From Poseidonia sp. (GTDB taxonomy: Archaea; Thermoplasmatota; Poseidoniia; Poseidoniales; Poseidoniaceae), in the NCBI GenBank assembly GCA_965661285.1, contig CBFIDD010000003.1, positions 128,001 to 192,000 on the forward strand: DNA of 64,000 bases, read 5' to 3'. The notes under the pieces were generated by a model. That model worked only from the letters and a program-made list of their open reading frames with translations, had not been told where the DNA came from and ran no database searches. The position numbers were made by a program, and so were the translations under genes. The stretch's first letter is position 1, and the number at the start of each line of letters is the position of its first letter. Below are positions 40,301-47,540 of the stretch, piece after piece.

Positions 40301-41519
40301 GTCCCCACCCGAGACCGATGACGACATCAAACTGGCCGACTCCACCGCCTCGCTCGCCCTCCAACTCGGAGCGCTCGGTTATGTTGGTGGCTACTCGGTG
40401 TTCTTTGGCATCGGCCCTGTCATTGGATTGGTCCTGCTCGGGCGGTCTGCGCTCAAGGACGGACGTCCGAACAGCATCATCGCTTTGCCAATTTTGTTGA
40501 CCTTCAGCATCGTGAACATGTTGGTTCAAGCGGACATCGGAACCGATGACCAACGCCAGACCATCACCGGGTTGACGCTTGCCGTGCAGGGCATCATGCT
40601 CACGTTGCTCTCAGCTAGGGACGACATGGTCTACGATTACAAGGCGTTGAAGTGGGACTCGGATGAGTCCTTCTTTGCGTTCATGGACCGCTTGGGCGTG
40701 AGCGGTGCATTTTATTCCATCATCGGGTTCTTCATCGCCTTTGACAGTGTTAATCTCGACTCTGTTGCCTACTTGCTGACCACGGTGTATCTGGTCGTCA
40801 TCGGCATCCAAGGCTTTAGCGACGAGGCCGATGCCCGTTGGCGTCGTGGGATTGGTGGCTACGGTTCGATTCTCACGGCGTTCCTGTTCGCTAACTCCTT
40901 GGACAGCGTGTTGTACAGTGCCATCGGCATCGTCATGACCGGTATGGTTGCGCTTGGATTTGGATTCCTGTTCATGCAGAGAATGAACGAAGAAGATGGC
41001 ATCTATGAAATGAGCGAGGCTCTGCCTCTGCCTCCATCGGATGATGAACCAGAAGACATCCCTGCCATGGTTGACCTTGACGATGCCGTAGAGGAATCCG
41101 ATGACGACGAGACGATTGATGGGGACGGACCTGTAGACGTCCAAGACGAGGAAGAAGACGCGTTTGATTTCGAGGATTTGGAGGACATCGAAGACGAGGA
41201 AGAAGACGACTCCGACATTGAGCTGGTCGATGAACCTGAGGAGGATGAAGCGGTTGAAGAAGTCAAGGAGGTCATCCCCGAACCTGTTGAAAAGAAGGAA
41301 ACAAAACCAGCCGCTCAAGCAAAACCAAAACCTCAGAAGACCCACAGTGGACTGTTGGACACCGGCGAAGGATTTGCTCTGCGGCTGCCAAAGGACGCGG
41401 TTCAAAACATTCTGAGTTCACTCGACCAAACACCCCACGAGGGGTATGTTCCGGTCGTGGCCTTTGGACCGAACGGTCAGATCATGCTGACGTTTGAATC
41501 CGAGAACACCAATGCATGA
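37377..41519 (+). CDS. Very large polytopic membrane protein (~1380 aa) with acidic tail
   Basis: Roughly 30 or more hydrophobic segments by eye, D/E-rich linker, small C-terminal domain; no family recognised. Confidence 0.8.
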   Translation: MAAPKRRAAPVRAKAQPAGTPALSGGLVAGMETPQESITLVRPNQNLNRDDLLLMKLSQIVMMGIGFLSIWGGVFSVAFDEDATNQNFLVLFVGGLASFLVSIFLIEVQSKKNDYRLKDIQNYFLGIAFFFSTVGVLWGTRFMMGYATGTLELDWFGSPDAYTEVDWSPNANGIYAQTVTCLLLTFGHFLLLKRYSGDTSFGWGVATYAPMAVLIAGVGPWIRWSENLVSWELGVAIVLISFVSMEMALRSNRALNFVVVAVAACIVPIIYEVLNSEAPDDGIGGALSLMVFIIAMQGYYASRQDLRKEVMERASAVLIGTVVVAIALARTEPDFNLILGPFRAGDYPELASYLNIPVALWITVLLAYFPAVLQQRVPWMPVGLAVALAVLPPEASTVPWVLSMVMIPYMVFISKVARPWVVNITILAFSGAYLLTDWAGIAADLTAKETYGGTWLHVLLPVFMVAVSEAGRRTEKLETSTSLALLGAVVLSRAVLDPEWFLPWLLVAYMAFMSYSMLLQYPSPTVKQRKDITLALIVTSLTVLLLAALDNLKLPPSSAFDSIVDMGMRPQFFVVSIVLYLLAAKAAGKEFDVGSIFSWFGQGNQDELVYNTASNAWEVQDISKLDRDALIASAELTPLARFSLLSSLVMFTFSISDVNATTWADQPALVLLMVIPVGMLIREVLAMDSISSATRATAVTLLVLIAAPLSISLGENVWGTSADIQTSNILLDGILVSAPLIVNAVIARRGLDKGELDRNSDGVAYIMLLLLGMLDTSGGLLLLPILLLVTARLVQFRFYLLLSFTPLALVFLGSGWYSHGLFNAFLDTLPASFQDYLLDRHAGPFPAFIGLLVGTQMLFGLSRLYTSDEDELESSLTMLLMALWLIISLFSSVPDGYWLPTLACVVLLPYFWYTNNSQTFPYMLGALFVSLYIGFSLSETFQPITEADAIGWSGMLTGLTGSGMGLMHQRGILFRSPPETDDDIKLADSTASLALQLGALGYVGGYSVFFGIGPVIGLVLLGRSALKDGRPNSIIALPILLTFSIVNMLVQADIGTDDQRQTITGLTLAVQGIMLTLLSARDDMVYDYKALKWDSDESFFAFMDRLGVSGAFYSIIGFFIAFDSVNLDSVAYLLTTVYLVVIGIQGFSDEADARWRRGIGGYGSILTAFLFANSLDSVLYSAIGIVMTGMVALGFGFLFMQRMNEEDGIYEMSEALPLPPSDDEPEDIPAMVDLDDAVEESDDDETIDGDGPVDVQDEEEDAFDFEDLEDIEDEEEDDSDIELVDEPEEDEAVEEVKEVIPEPVEKKETKPAAQAKPKPQKTHSGLLDTGEGFALRLPKDAVQNILSSLDQTPHEGYVPVVAFGPNGQIMLTFESENTNA

Positions 41520-41571
41520 ACGACGTGAGCATCGGCGAAGAATCAAGACCCTTCGCCCTTAACGGTCGTGC

Positions 41572-42120
41572 ATGGACAAGCGAGAGCAACGCATGGTTTG
41601 GATTGACCTTGAAATGACCGGCCTTGACCTCAGCAAAGAGTCCATCATCGAAATCGCCACCGTCGTGACCGACAGCGAGTTGAACGTGCTCGCCACCGGC
41701 CCAAACCTCGCCATCACCGTGGATGAATCCTTGATTGAAGGGATGGACGAATGGAACACGAGGCATCATCATCGCAGCGGACTTGTGGACCGCATTCGCA
41801 ACGAAGGTGTGAGCGTGCAAGAAGCCGAACAGGCCACCCTTGCGTTCCTCAATCAGTGGGTGGATGAAAACAAAGCGCCGCTGTGTGGCAACAGCGTTTG
41901 GAACGACCGCCAATTCCTCGCCAAGGAAATGCCCGAACTGTTGGCGTTCCTTCACTATCGCATGGTCGATGTTTCAACCATCAAAGAACTGAGCAGGCGC
42001 TGGTACACGGGTCTGCCACGATTTCCCAAAAAAGGCGCCCATCTGGCCCTTGACGACATTTTGGAATCCATTGAGGAGTTGAAGTACTTCAGGGCGCACG
42101 TTTTCGTTGCTCAAGCTTGA
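41572..42120 (+). CDS. orn: Oligoribonuclease (DEDDh)
   Basis: WIDLEMTGL, MDEWNTRHH..SGL, LCGNSV..DR.FL, HYRMVDVSTIKEL, HLALDDILESIEELKY. Confidence 0.95.
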   Translation: MDKREQRMVWIDLEMTGLDLSKESIIEIATVVTDSELNVLATGPNLAITVDESLIEGMDEWNTRHHHRSGLVDRIRNEGVSVQEAEQATLAFLNQWVDENKAPLCGNSVWNDRQFLAKEMPELLAFLHYRMVDVSTIKELSRRWYTGLPRFPKKGAHLALDDILESIEELKYFRAHVFVAQA

Positions 42121-42983
42121 CGCCACGTCGCCTCAAGAGGGTCAACCCCTTTGTGAAGGGCCATGATTTGAGCCACCACGGCGACGGCGATTTCCTCGGG
42201 TGATTGCGCACCGATGTTGAGACCGATGGGGCAGATCACCTGGTCCAGCAGGGGTTGAGGTAACCCTTCATCGCGACATGCTTTCTCAAACGCTTGCCAT
42301 TTGGAACGGCTGCCGATCACACCGATTCTTGGCGCCCTCGTACCGTCGAGTGAAACCTCAGGTGTGTTCAGCCGGTGAAGCAGACCAAGCAGTCGTTCCT
42401 GATCTTCGGCCCAATCGTGCCCGAGGAGAATGACGTCGGAAAACCGCTGAAGTGACGTCGTGGTTTCTTCACTGAGCCAGTCGAGAATGGCAGCCGATGA
42501 GCGCTCGACGGCGTGGGGGTATTTATCAGAAGAAACATACGCTTCGCGGGTGTCGTGGACAGAATAACGCCAGCCAAGGCTGTGAAAGGTCGCCGCCAGC
42601 GCCTCGCCGCAATGACCGCCCCCCATGATGTGAACGTGTGGCATGGGAATCATCACCTCGATGGCGATCGACACCCGACCGCCGCAAAGAGAATCAAGCG
42701 GCGTTACCTCATAGCCCTTCGCACCTTTGTTCAAGCCGAAGTTCAGCACCTCCGCAAAGGGTTGGTTGGCCTCACTGAGGAGACGGCGACATCGCTCGAG
42801 CACCTTGTGCTCAAGCCCGGCCCCGCCCACCGTTCCGGTCCAGGATTCTTCATTGGACGACATCGCAAGACGAGCGCCCGTTTTTCCCGGAACACTCCCC
42901 GAGGTGTTCAACACCGTGGCCATGACAACCTTGCGTTGCGAAGCGAGTTCGCTCAGGACCCAATGGAGAACGTGAGCGGTCAT
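42111..42983 (-). CDS. xdhC: XdhC/CoxI-family Moco insertion chaperone
   Basis: GSVPGKTGA, GTVGGAGLE, CGG, GGGH, IGVIGSRSK, PIGLNIGAQSPEEIAVA. Confidence 0.9.
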   Translation of the reverse strand: MTAHVLHWVLSELASQRKVVMATVLNTSGSVPGKTGARLAMSSNEESWTGTVGGAGLEHKVLERCRRLLSEANQPFAEVLNFGLNKGAKGYEVTPLDSLCGGRVSIAIEVMIPMPHVHIMGGGHCGEALAATFHSLGWRYSVHDTREAYVSSDKYPHAVERSSAAILDWLSEETTTSLQRFSDVILLGHDWAEDQERLLGLLHRLNTPEVSLDGTRAPRIGVIGSRSKWQAFEKACRDEGLPQPLLDQVICPIGLNIGAQSPEEIAVAVVAQIMALHKGVDPLEATWRQA

Positions 42984-43006
42984 GGAGGGTCCTCAACGGG
43001 TGGCCC

Positions 43007-43618
43007 TCATATCCCTTCGCTTTGAGAAAAACAAGCGGAAAGATGTGGACCGGTGGACCTCAATTGGTCGACGTCGTCCTGCGCATCAATGTTCATGTGC
43101 AACCACGGGGCATCGAAAGCGACACCGGTAAACGATACGATGTCGCGAAGCCGCCGGTCTTGGCCTGCATGACGCACGGCATCCACGGCCTCAGCATCCA
43201 ACACAACCGGATGCCCTTTTCGCTCCAAGGCCATAGGCGCCGTATTCCCATGATGACGAAGCAAGGTTTGGAGGAGGTCCACATCCCAACACGGACGGTC
43301 GACCGGCACCATCACCACGCGCGACAGCGAACTCCCAAAAACCTCCAAGAGGTGATGAAGGCCGAGTTGCAGCGACCCGGTCCGTCCCGCATCCGGATGG
43401 GGATTCACCACGATGGAGGCTTCGGGGAGCCGTTGGCGAACATCGGTTTCAATCGCAGCGTTCACCACCACCACCGGCCTGCATCCTGCGCTTCGTAGTC
43501 GATGATACGCCCACTCGACCAACGTTTTCCCGTTGACCGATACCAGTGCCTTCGGCCTGCCGAGACGGCGGCTGTGGCCGGCTGCAAGGACCACCGCCGG
43601 CACGAGCGTCGTATCCAT
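43007..43618 (-). CDS. MocA/MobA-like molybdenum cofactor nucleotidyltransferase
   Basis: VLAAGHSRRLGRPKAL, PVDRP, GHPV, NIDA; next to xdhC. Start ATG 43618. Confidence 0.82.
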   Translation of the reverse strand: MDTTLVPAVVLAAGHSRRLGRPKALVSVNGKTLVEWAYHRLRSAGCRPVVVVNAAIETDVRQRLPEASIVVNPHPDAGRTGSLQLGLHHLLEVFGSSLSRVVMVPVDRPCWDVDLLQTLLRHHGNTAPMALERKGHPVVLDAEAVDAVRHAGQDRRLRDIVSFTGVAFDAPWLHMNIDAQDDVDQLRSTGPHLSACFSQSEGI

Positions 43619-43694
43619 GAAGCGAAGAATGGACCTCCGTCCTTTGGGTTTACGCCCCTTTGAACTTGATATATACTTGAGCAATCAACACCGC

Positions 43695-44465
43695 ATGGTC
43701 GCATGGACACCGCCCGGACACTGGTTAAGCGCCAGCCGTGACGCCTACAAACGTTCCATGGAATTTCTACAGGGCATCGTAACGGGTTCACCGCATATGG
43801 AACTCAAAGAGAACGTGCAATCACTCCCAAAAATCACCGTCCAAGGCACATCAAGACGTTGGTACAGCATCAACACGCGAGCGCACTACATTGAGGACTA
43901 CATCGAAGTTGAAGGCGACTACCGTGAAGTCAAGGAAGTGCATTGGAACATCAGTATCCTCGGCGCCGCATGGAAAACAGACCTCGACCACGAAACGCCG
44001 TTTGCGGTTTCACTGTGCATCAATCCCCGGTCCGAATCAAGAGGCTTGCCCGTGGGCGACCAAGTGGCTGCGCTTGCGCTTGCCCTGCGCAACGACAAGA
44101 CCACGGCAATGCGGATACCGCTGCTCGCTCAGTTCATTGTTTCACCACGGAATGCGCTGCGTGGCGTCTATCAGTTCAGCGAGGAAGGCGTGGTCATGGA
44201 AGACGATGTATTCATGGAACCCCCCGATGAATTTGAGATTGAGGACCTCGACGAATACGCTGACATCCCACAGGATTGGCCAGGCGTCGGCGTGTTCGAG
44301 CCTTTTGAATTCGAACATTTTGCATCCGAAATTGAAGACCGCCAACTCGACTCCTGGATGGAAAAGCAGGAAGAGCGCGCCTCGCGAAGCAGCAGGTCAC
44401 CTTGGCATCATGACGAGGATCGAATCTGGGAGATGGAGGACAATCTCCGAAAAGGCCGCCGCTAA
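43695..44465 (+). CDS. Hypothetical protein with acidic C-terminus
   Basis: Open frame preceded by TTGATATATA about 23 nt before ATG 43695; divergent from the mocA-like gene. Confidence 0.7.
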   Translation: MVAWTPPGHWLSASRDAYKRSMEFLQGIVTGSPHMELKENVQSLPKITVQGTSRRWYSINTRAHYIEDYIEVEGDYREVKEVHWNISILGAAWKTDLDHETPFAVSLCINPRSESRGLPVGDQVAALALALRNDKTTAMRIPLLAQFIVSPRNALRGVYQFSEEGVVMEDDVFMEPPDEFEIEDLDEYADIPQDWPGVGVFEPFEFEHFASEIEDRQLDSWMEKQEERASRSSRSPWHHDEDRIWEMEDNLRKGRR

Positions 44466-45614
44466 TCAAAGCCCTTTGGTGATTTCTCGACCGATGATCA
44501 TCCGCTGAACTTGGGAAGAGCCTTCGTAAATCTGCATGACCTTGGCCCCTCGCATCAAACGAGCAACGGGGTATTCCTCAGAGTAGCCGTAGCCGCCGTA
44601 AATTTGCACCGCATCGGTGGCGACCTGCATGGCCATATCGGCAGAGAATCGCTTGGCGTGGGCTGCAGATTCGGTGTTGCGCACCCCTGCGTCGTATTCT
44701 GCCGCAGATTTCCAGGTCAGCATTCGTGAAGCCTCGATGTTGGTTTTCATGTCGGCGAGCATGAATTGGATGGCTTGATGTTGATGAAGCGGCTTTCCGA
44801 ACGTCTGGCGCTCATTGGCGTATTGGAGCGCATGTTCGTAGGCTGCACGAGCAAGACCCGTGGCATGGGCTGCGATGTTGGGTCTGCTCATGTCGAAGGC
44901 CTTCATGGCGTTCATCCAACCGCCCGATTCAGAACCACCGATCAAGTGGTCCGCAGGCACCCGAACATCGTCGAAGGAAATTGAGCGCGTGTCCGAGCAG
45001 CGTTGCCCCATGTTGGTTTCTTTCTTACCGAGGGAGAAGCCGGGCGTGTCCTTTTCGACCACAAAGCCCGACATGCCGCGATAACCTGCATCGGGGTCGG
45101 TCTTGGCCAAGACAAAGAAGAAATCTGCGTGGCCGGCACCGGTGATCCACATCTTCGAGCCGTTGATGACATAGTCATCGCCGTCTTTGATGGCGGTGGT
45201 TTTGCAGGCGGCAACGTCCGAGCCTGCGCCCGGTTCGGTGACGGCATAGGAAGCGAGCGCTCCCTCTTCTGCAATTTTTCCCAACCAGTGTTCTTTCTGC
45301 TCCTCCGTAGCACCGGTGATGATGGGCGCACTGGCGAGGGCCGTAGCGTAGGCGGCCGTGGCAAATCCAGGGTCGCCCCAAGCCAGTTCTTCGTTAACGA
45401 GCACTTCCTCAAAAGAACCGAGTCCAGCGCCACCATAGGCTTCAGGAATGTGGAGGTTCAGCAACCCCATCTCATGAGCGGCTTGGATGGTTTCTTTCGG
45501 GTAGTGGGCGGATTCGTCCCAGTGTTCGGCCTTGGGTCGTATTTCGTCTTGGGCAAACTCATGAGCGAGTTCCTTCAACATGGCTTGCATCTCATCGAGT
45601 TGGAAGTCCACCAT
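44466..45614 (-). CDS. Acyl-CoA dehydrogenase (medium/short-chain-like)
   Basis: YAVTEPGAGSD, NGSKMWIT, RQTFGK, QIYGGYGY, IYEGSSQVQR. Confidence 0.95.
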   Translation of the reverse strand: MVDFQLDEMQAMLKELAHEFAQDEIRPKAEHWDESAHYPKETIQAAHEMGLLNLHIPEAYGGAGLGSFEEVLVNEELAWGDPGFATAAYATALASAPIITGATEEQKEHWLGKIAEEGALASYAVTEPGAGSDVAACKTTAIKDGDDYVINGSKMWITGAGHADFFFVLAKTDPDAGYRGMSGFVVEKDTPGFSLGKKETNMGQRCSDTRSISFDDVRVPADHLIGGSESGGWMNAMKAFDMSRPNIAAHATGLARAAYEHALQYANERQTFGKPLHQHQAIQFMLADMKTNIEASRMLTWKSAAEYDAGVRNTESAAHAKRFSADMAMQVATDAVQIYGGYGYSEEYPVARLMRGAKVMQIYEGSSQVQRMIIGREITKGL

Positions 45615-45700
45615 GCTACGGCGAAGCATCGCTCCCTTAAGAGCGATGAGTTTGGCACCTCACCTCTTGATTCACCATCAATTGAAAAGGGCCGGGTCGA

Positions 45701-46831
45701 TTAGAGCACGAGGTAGCCTTGGTGTTCAGCAGCGAGGAACGCCAAGAAAATCAAGTAAATCAGGATGAGCACGACGCCCTCCCATCGCTTGAATTCGTAT
45801 TCTGAACGCATCATCAAAAGCGCCACGCCCGTGCCGACAAAGGTGGCCGGAATGATGAGGTAGGCCGTCAGGGCAAAGCTCGCTGAGGTGAGTGCAAGCG
45901 GGTGGACAACAGCGGCAAAGCCGATGGAGAGGAGCGGGTCGGTGATGTTTGAACCGATGAGCGTGCCGATGGCGACGCCCTGGCTACGCTTGGCTGCGAG
46001 GAAGGCGATGGTCAATTCAGGAAGCGACGTGCCAAGGCCGGAAACCGTCGTGCCGATGACAGCGTGTGGAACGTTGAACGCGTAGGCCATGTCGCTGGCG
46101 ACGTTGACCAGATGGTGGGCAGCAAACAAGGCGAGCAACAAGCCGCTGGTGACCATGAACGCATAGGAAGCGGTGGTGCGTGTGACTTTTCGCTCAACGT
46201 GTTCACCTCCACTGAGTTCTTCTTCGAGAATCTCGTCCCTGTGGGATAAGAGCCAGTAGATGTAGGCGATGTACAACGACATCAAAAAGGCCCCCTCGAG
46301 ACGACTGAGGCCATCGCCCGTGAACAAGAAGAGCGTCAGGAGACCGATGGATGCGAACATGATGAAACCGTCTCGCTTGAGCCATGACGGTCGGACTTTG
46401 ACGCCACGAAACGCCACCACAACCCCCAGAATTAGGGTGATTTGAACAAGAATGGAACCGAAGATACCACCGATGGCCAAGTCACCGATTTCGGGGTTGT
46501 TGGGGATGTCCGCAGCGGCCGTGGAGGTGACCAAGATCTCGGGGAGCGACGTCCCGATGGAAACGATGGTCAGTCCGATGACAACTTCAGGTAAGCCAGC
46601 CCGATAGGCCAATCCTTTGGCCCCTTCGATGAACACATCAGCCGATTTGATGAGCAACGCAAGCGCCATAGCGAGCAGCGCAAACGACAACCAATTATTG
46701 TTGATGCTTGAGTCCTCAACGACGGTGTGAAGGGCCAAAATACCCAAAAAAAGCGCACCGTTGAGAACCAGCGTGTTACTAAAGACAAATTGGGGAATGC
46801 CGCTTTCGTTCGAAGCCGCTTCTTCACCCAT
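45701..46831 (-). CDS. Ca2+/Na+ antiporter (CaCA/YrbG family)
   Basis: Two alpha repeats GTSLPE...G...GS(N). Confidence 0.92.
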   Translation of the reverse strand: MGEEAASNESGIPQFVFSNTLVLNGALFLGILALHTVVEDSSINNNWLSFALLAMALALLIKSADVFIEGAKGLAYRAGLPEVVIGLTIVSIGTSLPEILVTSTAAADIPNNPEIGDLAIGGIFGSILVQITLILGVVVAFRGVKVRPSWLKRDGFIMFASIGLLTLFLFTGDGLSRLEGAFLMSLYIAYIYWLLSHRDEILEEELSGGEHVERKVTRTTASYAFMVTSGLLLALFAAHHLVNVASDMAYAFNVPHAVIGTTVSGLGTSLPELTIAFLAAKRSQGVAIGTLIGSNITDPLLSIGFAAVVHPLALTSASFALTAYLIIPATFVGTGVALLMMRSEYEFKRWEGVVLILIYLIFLAFLAAEHQGYLVL

Positions 46832-46931
46832 GTCGTGCGGTGAGGCATCCACTTCTTGACGGTTACCTCCCAGCGAGAGTGAAGAAGGCGTCTTAGCGAT
46901 ACTTTTCAACTACCGATTGGTGGTTGCAGCG

Positions 46932-47540
46932 ATGCGGAAGGCGTTCGCCGGAGAGTTTCTCGGTACCGCCTTCATGGTCGCCGTTGGATGCGGCAGTGTT
47001 GCCCTTGGCGCCAGTCATGTGATGGTCTCGCTCGCCTTCGGCGCCGCCGTGACGGTGGCCATCATCGCCTTCGGCGCCATGAGCGGCGCTCATATCAACC
47101 CGGCCGTGAGCATCGCTTTTTGGAGGGACGGACAGTTGGAGGGGAGGCTGCTTCCCACCTACATCCTGGCGCAATGCCTTGGCGGAATAACGGGAGCGCT
47201 CCTGGTCAGCGGTGCAGCCCCGACCACGGTCGCCCCTTCCTTGACGCTGGTTGAGGGATTCGGAATTGAAATCGCCATCACGGCCGCCCTCATGGCCAGC
47301 ATCCTTCTCATCGTTCAGCGCTCTTCTTCAAGGCCCGTCATCGCCGTTTGGGTCGGCGCAACGGTGGCCCTCCTGGCGTTCCTGGCCGGACCCTCCACCG
47401 GTGCAAGCATGAATCCTGCCCGCACCCTGGGGCCCAATGTACTCAACAGCATGTGGGCGTCGTTGCCCATTTACCTGGTTTCAACCACGCTCGGTGCCTG
47501 GTTTGCTTGCGACATCAAGCATCGGTTCTTTCCCGATTGA
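46932..47540 (+). CDS. Aquaporin (MIP family)
   Basis: EFLGT, SGAHINPAVS, GASMNPAR. Confidence 0.93.
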   Translation: MRKAFAGEFLGTAFMVAVGCGSVALGASHVMVSLAFGAAVTVAIIAFGAMSGAHINPAVSIAFWRDGQLEGRLLPTYILAQCLGGITGALLVSGAAPTTVAPSLTLVEGFGIEIAITAALMASILLIVQRSSSRPVIAVWVGATVALLAFLAGPSTGASMNPARTLGPNVLNSMWASLPIYLVSTTLGAWFACDIKHRFFPD

